A stretch of DNA of 44,861 nt from Methanomicrobiales archaeon (GTDB taxonomy: Archaea; Halobacteriota; Methanomicrobia; Methanomicrobiales; JACTUA01), in NCBI GenBank assembly GCA_034679905.1, contig JAXDAH010000027.1, positions 1 to 44,861 of the forward strand, in the 5' to 3' direction. Shown here piece after piece: positions 9,610-18,485 of the stretch. Below the pieces are notes generated by a model, which worked only from the letters and a program-made list of their open reading frames with translations, did not search any database and had not been told where the DNA came from. The translations under genes and the position numbers were made by a program. The stretch's first letter is position 1; each line of letters starts with the position of its first letter.

Positions 9610-11117
9610 GGAGGTTGCTTAAAATTCAGGGCTCGAGCCCATGTCTCTACGGCCCAGCGGGAAGCTGTTTCATCGATGCCCAATACGGTCAATCGCCGCA
9701 CAAGCCGGTTGCGGTGGAGATCGAACGGTTCGCCGGGGGGCAGTTTTCGCAGCTCCTGCGGCACCTGCTCCATTGCCGCTGTCACCAGAATGTTGATCTC
9801 CAGCTGGACCTCCCTTCCTGACTGCACCTGCGGGGATGCGGCGCAGAGATCGCTGAGCAACGCCCGGACCCTGTCGGGATTGTCGAGCAGGGCCATCCCG
9901 TACTGGCTCAGTATATCCGTGAGTATCTGCCCCGGAAGATCGTTGAATATCCTATGCGTTCCAGCGGATTTGCTTCCATCTTCTATCTGGTCCAGCTGCT
10001 GCTTCAAAAAGTTAAATTTCGATTCCAGCTCCGGGAACTTCTCCGGATCTTTTATATCTTCCTCGATTTGATACAGAATCAGTATCAACCTGGACTGCAG
10101 TAACCAAGGGGCATAGCCCGTCTTGATCGCTTCCAACTCAACCTGCATCTGCTGCAGTTTTGAAATTCTCTCCCGGTAACTGTTGAATGTACGCTCACTA
10201 TCGAGGAGAGATTTCTCCTTTTTCAATGTACTGACGTTGTATCCTTCCTCTTCCCACAGGGTCAGCCTATTTCGTAACTGTTGCTCGCATTCACCCCCCT
10301 CCCTCGCCAGGTCCCTCTGAATCGCCTCTCGATTGCGTAACGCTATCGTATATGCAGGATCGATGGAGAGCGAATGTTCGGTAGCGATTAGTGCGTTCTT
10401 TTTCTCGCCTACATTATACAGTACTGCAGCCTTGTTGATCCAGTACTCTTTACTGTCAGGGTTGATACGTAAAAGCCTGTCACAGACGTCCATGCACGCT
10501 CCGAAATCCCCGAGATTGTACAATATCAAGCCTTTCAACTCCCAACCCGATGCATCCAGGGGATTCAACGCGATGGATCTCTCAACCGCTTTGAGCGCTT
10601 CGTCGGGGCTGCCGGATCGGAGGAGGGCTTTTCCCTTTACGGTCCACGCGCTCCAGGTATCGGGACTGAGTGCAATGGCTCTATTGCATGCAGCGATCGC
10701 GTCATCGGTTCTTCCCAGCTTCAGCAATGCATCTGCCATATGTGCGTGAGCGAACGGATCGTTCGAATGTACCGAGAGTGCCATATCGGCTGTTTCGATG
10801 GCCCTATCCTGTTTGATATTCCGGGATACGCCACGTTCGATCCATACGCCTTCTTCGGAACCGAATCGGGGGGCGTTGTCCGCCTCCAGCATGGCTTGTT
10901 CGTTACTCCCTGGATTGACCGACCCTGCCGCTTTGATTGGTTTCACATGCATGTCCGCTTTTTTCGTATCTCCTGGAGCCTCCCTCCTGACAAATATCGC
11001 ATCCAGAAGGGCCATTATCATAAAAATACCTAGTATCGTCATTATCGCTGTGATCATTGTAACAATTACTACAGATATGAATGCCCCGGCATCTCTTGGT
11101 ATCGACATATCCCACAT
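9603..11117 (-). CDS. Membrane-anchored TPR-repeat protein with a coiled-coil and a C-terminal helical domain of unknown function
   Basis: N-terminal TM helix (FISVVIVTMITAIMTILGIFMIMALL). About 5-6 TPR units follow (AHMADALLKLGRTDDAIAACNRAIALSP..., AWTVKGKALLRSGSPDEALKAVERSIALNP..., GWELKGLILYNLGDFGACMDVCDRLLRINP...). Its stop overlaps the kinase stop within TCATTGA (9603-9609). Confidence 0.75.
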   Translation of the reverse strand: MWDMSIPRDAGAFISVVIVTMITAIMTILGIFMIMALLDAIFVRREAPGDTKKADMHVKPIKAAGSVNPGSNEQAMLEADNAPRFGSEEGVWIERGVSRNIKQDRAIETADMALSVHSNDPFAHAHMADALLKLGRTDDAIAACNRAIALSPDTWSAWTVKGKALLRSGSPDEALKAVERSIALNPLDASGWELKGLILYNLGDFGACMDVCDRLLRINPDSKEYWINKAAVLYNVGEKKNALIATEHSLSIDPAYTIALRNREAIQRDLAREGGECEQQLRNRLTLWEEEGYNVSTLKKEKSLLDSERTFNSYRERISKLQQMQVELEAIKTGYAPWLLQSRLILILYQIEEDIKDPEKFPELESKFNFLKQQLDQIEDGSKSAGTHRIFNDLPGQILTDILSQYGMALLDNPDRVRALLSDLCAASPQVQSGREVQLEINILVTAAMEQVPQELRKLPPGEPFDLHRNRLVRRLTVLGIDETASRWAVETWARALNFKQPPQ

Positions 11118-11509
11118 CGTTGCTATTCTGATCTGCTCCTAACCCTGTGGTGACTATTAACGTTTTCGATGATCCTCTCTGCCCAGCAGCAGGCCGCTAA
11201 AGGCCTGTCAGGACAGATCCAATCTCCAACAGCTATGGATTAGAAGCAACGGCAGCAGGACGTGGAGCCAGCAAGGTGCCATGGTGGGCCCCCTAGGAGC
11301 CGGGGATTAGAATCTGGTGGAAGGGATGTTAATGCGTAGCACTGCGGGAGGAATCGTTCCAGTCTGCCACGGTGATCGCGATTAAAATCTGTTTCACGTA
11401 CGGAGTGCGTCCTCCAGCCAAAATGAGTGCCCTGTGGAGAGTCCCGAACGGATCCAAAGGATAACACGGGAGGGTTCTTGCGAACCCCTCCTGCCATGCA
11501 GACCGCCAA

Positions 11510-12997
11510 TCAGGCGGGGATGGGCTCGGGCTCCGGGACTTCCGGCACGGGATTGGCAGGCAGCAGGAATGCGGCAATAAGCCCGACCAGCGCAAAGAAC
11601 ACCAGAACGACCAGGGCCAGGGCATAGCCCATGTTTCCCGTGACCAGGCTGGATACGATGACGGTGCCGGCAATGGCCACCCCGAGCGAGGAGCCCAGGT
11701 TCGAGACACTGCGCGACAGGCCCGATATCTCGCCCTGATCCTTCTCGGGGAAGAGGGATTGTACGACGTTGACCGAGGATGTCAGCATGATCCCGACGCC
11801 CAATCCGACCAGAAAGAGGCCCGGCACAAAGGTGAAGACGTTGGAGGTCTCCCGTACCAGCGCCAGCAGGAGTAATACCCCGAGTACCGTTATGATAAAG
11901 CCCGCCCGGATCAGTACCGCCTGGGGACGCCTCTTCGCCAGCCTGCCTGCAGCCATCGAGGACAACAGAATGCCGATCGTGGCCGGCGTAAGGATCAGAC
12001 CGGTCTCGATCGCGCTGAAGCCCCGCACCGTCTGCACGTAGACGGACACCACGAAGGAGAGGCCCAGCAGGACCAGCCACTGCATGTTCTGCGTAACCAG
12101 CCCGAGGTTGGAGGCGCGGTTCTGGAACATCCTGGTGTGCAACAACGGCTCCTTGCCTGCCCGTTCCCGGGACCGAATGTGCCAGAAGAACCCGATCAAC
12201 AGAACCGCGCCGATAAGCACGAACAGCCATACCGGTGAGATGCCCCCTTGCGGGATCACGACCGTACTGCCGATGACGAAATCCTGCGTGGCTCGGAAAA
12301 AGCCGTACGTCGAGGCCTGCAGGATGCCGACGACCACAAAGAAGAGTCCTGCCGCCGACAGAATGGTTCCGACGATGTCGAACCCGGGCTTGGGGCCCTG
12401 CACTCCCGGATCCACGATTCGGCGGCTCTGAAAGATGACTATGGCGACGACCAGCGCCTGCACGACAAACGCTGCACGCCAGCTGAACGCGCTGACGATC
12501 AATCCCCCGACCAGCGGACCGGCTGCCGCCCCGACCCCGCCCGCCGCACTGATGGCGCCAAACGCACGGGCGCGCGAGGTGAGGTCGGGGGTAAAGACCG
12601 TTGCCAGGATATAGACGGGCGGGATCAGCAGCGCGGTCCCGATGCCTTCCAGGAGCGAATAGCCAAGGATCAGGATCCCGAGCCCTGGTGCCGCTGCCGC
12701 TATCAGTGCCCCCACTCCGTAGACCATGAGGCCTCGCCGGAACAGGTACGTACGACCCAGGATATCTGTCAGTTTGCTGCCGGGGATCATCAGGGCCGCC
12801 ATCGTGAGTGTAAAGACGGCAATGGTCGTCTGGACACCGCTTACCGTCGTCCCCAGGTCGATCGATATGTCGTTTATGGCCACGTTCATATTCGAGGCAG
12901 CGTAACTGCAGATGAACTGGGCCAGCGCAAGCGGCAGGATCACGTTCTGGGAGCCTGCCGTTGATGTCTGGGGAGCCTGATCCGATTTACCAGCCAT
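11510..12997 (-). CDS. MFS transporter, 14-TMS drug:H+ antiporter type (DHA2/EmrB-QacA-like)
   Basis: 495 aa with about 14 hydrophobic segments. MFS motif A-like GSKLTDILGRTYLFRRG after TM2. Confidence 0.85.
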   Translation of the reverse strand: MAGKSDQAPQTSTAGSQNVILPLALAQFICSYAASNMNVAINDISIDLGTTVSGVQTTIAVFTLTMAALMIPGSKLTDILGRTYLFRRGLMVYGVGALIAAAAPGLGILILGYSLLEGIGTALLIPPVYILATVFTPDLTSRARAFGAISAAGGVGAAAGPLVGGLIVSAFSWRAAFVVQALVVAIVIFQSRRIVDPGVQGPKPGFDIVGTILSAAGLFFVVVGILQASTYGFFRATQDFVIGSTVVIPQGGISPVWLFVLIGAVLLIGFFWHIRSRERAGKEPLLHTRMFQNRASNLGLVTQNMQWLVLLGLSFVVSVYVQTVRGFSAIETGLILTPATIGILLSSMAAGRLAKRRPQAVLIRAGFIITVLGVLLLLALVRETSNVFTFVPGLFLVGLGVGIMLTSSVNVVQSLFPEKDQGEISGLSRSVSNLGSSLGVAIAGTVIVSSLVTGNMGYALALVVLVFFALVGLIAAFLLPANPVPEVPEPEPIPA

Positions 12998-13224
12998 TCC
13001 AACCCTCTGCGATGGGATACCTCAACAGTGCATGCCTTATATTAAGTTAACTGCCCGATGAACGGATAGCACATCTTTGCGGGAAAAACCAAAAACCGAT
13101 CTAGCAGTCGCTGCAAGAGCGCCGCTGCGAGGCGGAACAGTTTTTTGACAGTCTACAGGCTCTTGCGATGAATGGCGGGTACGATTCGTGCATGCGATGG
13201 GTCAGGGTGTCGACACGATAGGTC

Positions 13225-13251
13225 GGCTAGTTGTAATTCCTACAACTAGCC
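13225..13251. other. Perfect 11-bp stem / 5-nt loop hairpin downstream of the PRC-barrel gene
   Basis: GGCTAGTTGTA-ATTCC-TACAACTAGCC, 28 nt beyond the stop of the minus-strand gene that ends at 13279. Confidence 0.3.
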
Positions 13252-13278
13252 TTACGGCTGTCGAATCCTCTGAACCCC

Positions 13279-13701
13279 TCATCGGGGCGGAACCAGGTTT
13301 ACCTGGCTCTCCTCCCAGTACGGCCGGTACCCGTAGTAGCCGAAGATCATGTTCAGGTAATCCGTCGTGATGTTCTCGGTCCAGTTGATGTCGAATGTCG
13401 GAGCGCGAGCCAGCTTCTCCTTGGGGATATCCAGGATGTAGACGTTGTCTGCCGACCTCTTCTCGAAGGCATCCCAGGGGATCACGTAGTATTTCCCGCC
13501 AACCCCGAGGTACCGCGCTGTAGTCAGGACAGCCGCGACGATCCGGGCCTCGGTCAGATCGAGCAGCAGATCCCGGATGTGTCCGAGGTCATCGCCGGCG
13601 GTATTCCTCACGATGGCATCCTTGACCCGGCTATCCGTGATGAACACCTGTACTCGTGCGGGTGGGGGACTGGGTGCTGCTTCCGCACCTCCTTGCGCCA
13701 T
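13279..13701 (-). CDS. PRC-barrel domain protein
   Basis: VKDAIVRNTAGDDLGHIRDLLLDLTEARIVAAVLTT..GGKYYVIPWDAF matches the PRC-barrel pattern. ATG 13701 is preceded by GGAGAGGTGA. The longer ORF reaching 13731 is less likely. Confidence 0.75.
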   Translation of the reverse strand: MAQGGAEAAPSPPPARVQVFITDSRVKDAIVRNTAGDDLGHIRDLLLDLTEARIVAAVLTTARYLGVGGKYYVIPWDAFEKRSADNVYILDIPKEKLARAPTFDINWTENITTDYLNMIFGYYGYRPYWEESQVNLVPPR

Positions 13702-14090
13702 ATGCTTTTCACCTCTCCCATCGCATAACACAAAGCCATCTCGAAGGCCCCATGCTGCGCTCTCGCATCTCAGGGATTCTTTATATAGCTTTCCATGCCC
13801 CGCTGCCTGGAGTATCTCATTTTCACGGGGGATTTACACACTGGCAGCGCGTCAGGATAGATTTTGAAACTCCCGTTCGGGGGCATCGGGCAGCTTCTGG
13901 ATCCGAAGCACGCAAAGTTGTCAGCGGCGATGTCCCTGAAGCGATCAGGCGCTCTTCATGTGCCAGATCGGCTGGAAGATGCGGGTTCCTCCGCCTGAGT
14001 CCGAGCTGGGAGGTGGGGCCAATATGCTGTAAGGCCAGAATTTGGATCCTGATGCCTGGCTATAGGTACTCGTATGCGTAACTGTCGCTC

Positions 14091-14471
14091 CTACAGGGTT
14101 TTCACCTTCCCTGCGATTGCGCCCCCGAAATAGCCAAGAAGGCCCCATAGCGGGAAGAGAGCGATGATAACGAGAAGCGTCGAGCCGAGTACGGCAAGGA
14201 AGCTCAGGTCCTCCGGTGAGGGTACAAGCCCGAAGCCGGCGATTAAGATCGCCACAACAACGGCATTCACGACTCCTGCCAGGAGGCCCGCCTTTCCACC
14301 GTTTGACGCGCCGCCTCCGGCGATCCATCCTGCCACGAAACCCCCGATGATCGTGCTGAAAAGGGATATGATGGTGCTCGTGACGGTTGCTACGATGCTG
14401 TTGATGATAAACATCACGGCGAATCCTGCCACTACTCCGACCCAGAACATTCTCGGATCCGTCTTTGCCAT
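14091..14471 (-). CDS. Small Gly/Ala/Val-rich integral membrane protein (hypothetical)
   Basis: 126-aa ORF with four hydrophobic helices (FWVGVVAGFAVMFIINSIVA..., IIGGFVAGWIAGGG...). I cannot confidently name a family. Confidence 0.55.
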   Translation of the reverse strand: MAKTDPRMFWVGVVAGFAVMFIINSIVATVTSTIISLFSTIIGGFVAGWIAGGGASNGGKAGLLAGVVNAVVVAILIAGFGLVPSPEDLSFLAVLGSTLLVIIALFPLWGLLGYFGGAIAGKVKTL

Positions 14472-14790
14472 GCAGGGGCCTTAACAGGGGGCCTGATTAT
14501 AAACGTTGCCCCCCAGGCTCTGCACATTGGGCGGCGCCTCTCACCCTGCCGTCCAGGGATCTCTCTGCGGCCAGGGCAGCCTCGCGGAGTGCTGCCCCCG
14601 CCAAAATGCAGCGCTCGAGCCATCACCCTCGCCCTTAAGACAACCCGGATCCCGTTCCCCGCCCCGCGGCGCGAGCGGCCCAACGACGCCTGGGCACGCC
14701 CGCGTCCGCAGGTTGTCGGGAGCCGCCAGGCTCTATCCGCCCCATAATGTTTTTATGGATGCATTGCAGGATTCAGCGGGGTGAAAATGG

Positions 14791-15372
14791 ATGAGATTGG
14801 CAATTATCGGCAAGGGCAATGTAGGTACAGCACTGGGCAGAGGATTGAGCAGAGCCGGTCACGACATCCGGTTCGGTCATAGGGACCCAGGGGAGCCCGT
14901 CCGTGAAGCCGCCGAGTGGGGGGAGACGATCATCCTGGCGGTGCCCTTCCCTGCCGTGAACGACGTTGTCAGGGTCGTCGGCTCGGCTCCAGATGGAAAG
15001 ATCCTCATCGACGTCACGAATGCAATTGACGAAACCATGGGGCTGGCAATCGGGTTTACGACATCCGCCGCAGAGGAGCTGCAGAAGAAGCTTCCGAGAG
15101 CCCGCGTGATAAAAGCCTTCAATACGGTATTTGCTCAGAACCAGAGTTCAGGACGACTGGGTGGCGAGCAGCTCACCGCGTTCATCGCTGGAGACGATGC
15201 GGGGGCAAAACAGATCGCCATGCAACTGGCGCGGGATATCGGATTCGATCCCGTCGATGTCGGTCCCCTGAAGAGCGCGCGATACCTCGAGCCGATGGCG
15301 ATCATGCTCATCGGACTCGGCTACGGCCTCAACATGGGGACGGGCATCGGCTACAGGCTTGTCAGGGGATAG
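14791..15372 (+). CDS. NADPH-dependent F420 reductase-like oxidoreductase (NpdG family)
   Basis: Rossmann N-terminus MRLAIIGKGNVGTALGRGLSRAGHDIRFGHRDP, and the C-terminal DAGPL-type motif GFDPVDVGPLKSARYLEPMA. Confidence 0.8.
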   Translation: MRLAIIGKGNVGTALGRGLSRAGHDIRFGHRDPGEPVREAAEWGETIILAVPFPAVNDVVRVVGSAPDGKILIDVTNAIDETMGLAIGFTTSAAEELQKKLPRARVIKAFNTVFAQNQSSGRLGGEQLTAFIAGDDAGAKQIAMQLARDIGFDPVDVGPLKSARYLEPMAIMLIGLGYGLNMGTGIGYRLVRG

Positions 15373-15736
15373 GAAGATCCAGCAGGGTGGCCATTCCAGA
15401 ATGGTTCTGGGAGTGCACATTCTCCCCATTCCCCTCCTTCTCGGGCGGTATACCATGCACCAGGCCCGAAGGGGCTGTCATCGAATGTCCGCCGGTGATG
15501 GGGGGCAGGATAGTGTGTGAGCGGCGTGCAGACTGCAGTCGAGTACGAACGATGGCACCGCGGTCAGAGTCGCAACCGTGAAGGCTGGACGTGAGAGGCT
15601 GTGGATTTCGTCGACAGGGACTGTCAGCTCCTTGCTGTCCTTCCTGATTCGTGCCGGATTCGACTCGCAACGGAGAGGATCTGGAGCAGCCGATGCGGGG
15701 GCATAAGGGATCAGTGCACTCTTGCCTTTCGCGGAT

Positions 15737-16210
15737 TTACGGGGCTTTAACCATCGCGATCAGGCTCTCCAGCTTCAGCGGGTCCCCGAGATCCCTCCGG
15801 GTCAGGACCTGCGTCCCCGACACCGCCACCGCCCGGGCCGCGAGGGCTCGTGCCAGGATCGGGAGGGTCTCGCCCGGCATCCCGCCGCAGGTCGCGAAGA
15901 GCACCGCTCGCTTCTCCTCGCAGCACTTGAGCGCCGCGATGGCCGCATTGATGGGCGGTGTCGGTTTGAAAGCTCGGACCGGAGTACCGATCACGAGCCG
16001 CTCATAGGTTGAAACATCGATGACCTCGGGCGTGATCGGGTCTCGCTCCTCGTTCAGCGCCTTCCTGCACCCCGACGTATACGCCGTGAGCGTCGTGTAG
16101 TTCGTCTTCGGCCGCACTTCGATCCGATCTCCCCCGCATGCGGCCTGGATCTTCTCCGCAACTCCCCGCGGCACACCGGAGTGGGAGTAGTAGATGATGC
16201 AGATTCTCAT
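15737..16210 (-). CDS. Flavodoxin-family protein
   Basis: MRICIIYYSHSGVPRGVAEKI (FMN phosphate-binding loop pattern), then LVIGTPV and FATCGGMPG. Confidence 0.75.
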   Translation of the reverse strand: MRICIIYYSHSGVPRGVAEKIQAACGGDRIEVRPKTNYTTLTAYTSGCRKALNEERDPITPEVIDVSTYERLVIGTPVRAFKPTPPINAAIAALKCCEEKRAVLFATCGGMPGETLPILARALAARAVAVSGTQVLTRRDLGDPLKLESLIAMVKAP

Positions 16211-16682
16211 ACCTCTCCTGCATGGTCTGGCCCATGCCGTGCACCGAATTCATTATACCTGTGGGTAATATCCGAATAAAAAGGCATTCTCGTAGATGAA
16301 GCAGGAATGGATAACAGAAGACTCCCTGCCTGCCTCCTTCACGGTATCGGTGGAGACTCCCCTGCTTCCCGCCCGGGCTGTACGGACATGGTTGAAAGGG
16401 GGCTGGGAGAGAGCATGGGGGTGAGAGGACACGGGACCATCAATAACAGATCGCGGGGGTCCGTACGGGACGAAGGCCATGCCCCCCGCAGCGTACAATC
16501 CCTGCTGTCGGTTGTTCGGAGCACAGTCCTCCATGTACAGTTCGACCGGGGCCGAGAGGTCCAGACCTATTCTCCCAGTCATCGGCCGGATCACCGATGA
16601 AACCCCCGCGGCATACAGTTTTTTATAGGGGGATGAACGTAGGCTCGCCGAGCAGCGCGGCCTTTCCGCGATCGGGAGGTGC

Positions 16683-17096
16683 GTGGTGCTCGAGGTGAAG
16701 AGAGTGTCCACCGAGGAGAACAAGCAGGTTGCCGAGCGAGTGTTCGAGGAGATAATAAACAAGGGCAATTTTGAGGCCACAAACGAGCTGGTGGCAGAGG
16801 ACTACAGGCTCAATGAACCGACGGGACTTCCTCCCGGAAGGGAAGGATTACGTACGTTGACGCAGGCGTATCGCAACGGATTCCCGGATATAAGGATGTC
16901 TGTCGAGGATATGATTGGAGAGGAGGATCAGGTTGCGGTCCGCTGGAGCGCCAGCGGCACGCATCGCGGAGAGTTCATGGGGATCCCGCCCTCGGGGCAG
17001 AAGGTCGAGGTCAAAGGAATCACATGGTTGCGGTTCAAGGAAGGGAAGGTTGCCGAGGAATGGACCGAGACGACGAGCCTCGCGATGCCCCGGTAG
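16683..17096 (+). CDS. SnoaL-like / ester cyclase (NTF2 superfamily) protein
   Basis: ENKQVAERVFEEIINKGNFEATNELVAEDY...GFPDIRMSVEDMIGEEDQVAVRWSASGTHRGEFMGIPPSGQKVEVKGITWLRFKEGKVAEEW is the classic ester-cyclase pattern. The start may instead be the internal GTG at about 16704. Confidence 0.8.
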   Translation: MVLEVKRVSTEENKQVAERVFEEIINKGNFEATNELVAEDYRLNEPTGLPPGREGLRTLTQAYRNGFPDIRMSVEDMIGEEDQVAVRWSASGTHRGEFMGIPPSGQKVEVKGITWLRFKEGKVAEEWTETTSLAMPR

Positions 17097-17250
17097 AAGG
17101 GCCCCCCTCCCTCTGAAACAGGGCCGTTCAGTCGTCCTGTCACCGCCTCTTTTTTCGTACTTCGACCTCACGTTCCAGGGATTTCTCTCCGGATTCTGGC
17201 CGAAGACGGGAGCATCTCACCGCCCATCCTGCAGGCATCGATGTCGCAGG

Positions 17251-17589
17251 TCAGGGAGATCTCTTTTTGACGAGGGTCAGGATATTCCTCCCCTCGGCGT
17301 ACCGATAGGCGACCTCGTCTGCCATCTGGCGGCTCCGGTAGATGCCCAGTCCGCCGATCCGCCTCGTATCGAGATCGGAGTCGATTTCGGGGTCCGCGAG
17401 CGAGAGCGGGTCGAACGGCGGGGCACGGTCCTCGATCTCAACCTCCACGGCCTCCTGCGTGGCACGGATAGCGATCACGTCGCCCGCCGCGCCGCGGTAG
17501 CCGGCGATGATCGCATTGGCAATCGCCCCCTCGACCGCGAGCTGGAGGTCGAGGATCGCTCCTGGGATCTCCCAGGATCTAAAACCATG
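17251..17589 (-). pseudogene. 5'-truncated anti-sigma-factor-type Ser kinase (RsbW/SpoIIAB-like HATPase_c)
   Basis: The open frame reads ...DLQLAVEGAIANAIIAGYRGAAGDVIAIRATQEAVEVEIEDRAPPFDP...RRIGGLGIYRSRQMADEVAYRYAEGRNILTLVKK (N-box and G-boxes). No start codon lies upstream of the internal GTG at 17478. The frame closes at TAA 17590-17592, exactly where composition switches to AT-rich. Confidence 0.6.
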
Positions 17590-17649
17590 TTAGAAATTGC
17601 CTTTAACCGAAATATTTACATGCTAGTAAGCGGGTGTAGCCGGCCCAAA

Positions 17650-18255
17650 ATGAAGCCAAGATCCTCGCGTTCGAGAAGGCGAAGGCTAATTCCTTGGCAG
17701 AGGTCGAAAGGCAGAAGTTCAAGAAAAGGTACGGTCCGTTCCCCGAACGGCGTGGATGCCATCTCGGAGCTTGGCTATCTTGGACCTTACCGCAGTGACC
17801 TTCTAGAAAGTGAGCTGGAACTGCTGAAGCAGAGGGGAACCTCCTTCATGCAGTATGGGCCCTGCCAATCCGAGAGCCAGAGCTGTTTCTACAACGAGCA
17901 GGAAGGGAAAAATGGCCGGAGCCAGAAACGTGCTGCCGAGGAACTACTGGCCGAGCAGGAAAGCACGCGGTTCGAAAGTGTGTTTATAAAGCTGGCGGAG
18001 GATCTTTTACAGGCCGGGCAGCTGGCCATCTTCTGCGATGGCGTACGGTCACTGCCGCAGGAAGGTCTCCGAATCACCTGTCCTCGGTGCGGGAGACTCT
18101 TCCCCCAGGCGAGGGGATATGCGATCCAGCATGCCAAACTGACGCACACGGTATCGCCGAATCTCCTCGACCTGGCGGCAAATGTGTTCCGGTCGCCGCT
18201 GGAGTGTAGTGCCTGCAAAGGCACTCCAGATGTCTTGATCCAGTTCAGGCCGTGA
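17650..18255 (+). CDS. Hypothetical protein with a C-terminal C2H2-like zinc finger; N-terminal frame uncertain
   Basis: This is the only credible part of the 446-aa ORF 16915-18255. It contains CPRCGRLFPQARGYAIQHAKLTH plus CSACKG. Upstream of a C4 run (17741-17744) a different frame reads more protein-like (AQNEAKILAFEKAKANSLAEVERQKFKKRYGPFP), so a frameshift is possible. Confidence 0.4.
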   Translation: MKPRSSRSRRRRLIPWQRSKGRSSRKGTVRSPNGVDAISELGYLGPYRSDLLESELELLKQRGTSFMQYGPCQSESQSCFYNEQEGKNGRSQKRAAEELLAEQESTRFESVFIKLAEDLLQAGQLAIFCDGVRSLPQEGLRITCPRCGRLFPQARGYAIQHAKLTHTVSPNLLDLAANVFRSPLECSACKGTPDVLIQFRP

Positions 18256-18386
18256 AAAGATCCAACAACGATTGGCCTCCTCCTCCCTTGCGCCTCGCCC
18301 TATCCTCTGTTCCAGCTTCAGACATGGGCCGCCTCCCCCTTCTCCGGATTAGCGATCCCTGGTCTTGCCGTATGTTTTAATCTCTT

Positions 18387-18485
18387 CTATTTCGCGTTCT
18401 TTGCCATCATCTTCGGCGATACCAGCAGCAGAACCGCCACTACTATTGCTATAGCAATTCCAAGGATGATGAGTTTTTTATCCAC
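18387..18485 (-). CDS. 32-aa hydrophobic single-TM peptide (candidate small membrane protein or toxin-like peptide)
   Basis: Not in the ORF track because it is under 60 aa. GTG 18485 is preceded by AGGAGG (18495-18500) with a 9-nt spacer. Peptide VDKKLIILGIAIAIVVAVLLLVSPKMMAKNAK, TAG stop at 18387-18389. Confidence 0.35.
   Translation of the reverse strand: MDKKLIILGIAIAIVVAVLLLVSPKMMAKNAK

Noticed and set aside
16253-16780. 175-aa minus-strand ORF
   Set aside because: The N-terminal part overlaps the SnoaL-like gene start and looks non-coding. The C-terminal ~109 aa (from ATG 16582) contain a GLYAAGGMA...GPPR pattern reminiscent of the C-terminus of FAD-dependent or Thi4-like enzymes. It may therefore be another gene remnant, but the evidence is too weak to call it a feature.
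16915-18255. 446-aa plus-strand ORF taken as one gene
   Set aside because: Its first ~240 codons are antisense to, or overlap, the SnoaL-like and HATPase genes and are Arg-rich nonsense. Only the part after about 17650, beyond the composition break, is plausible.
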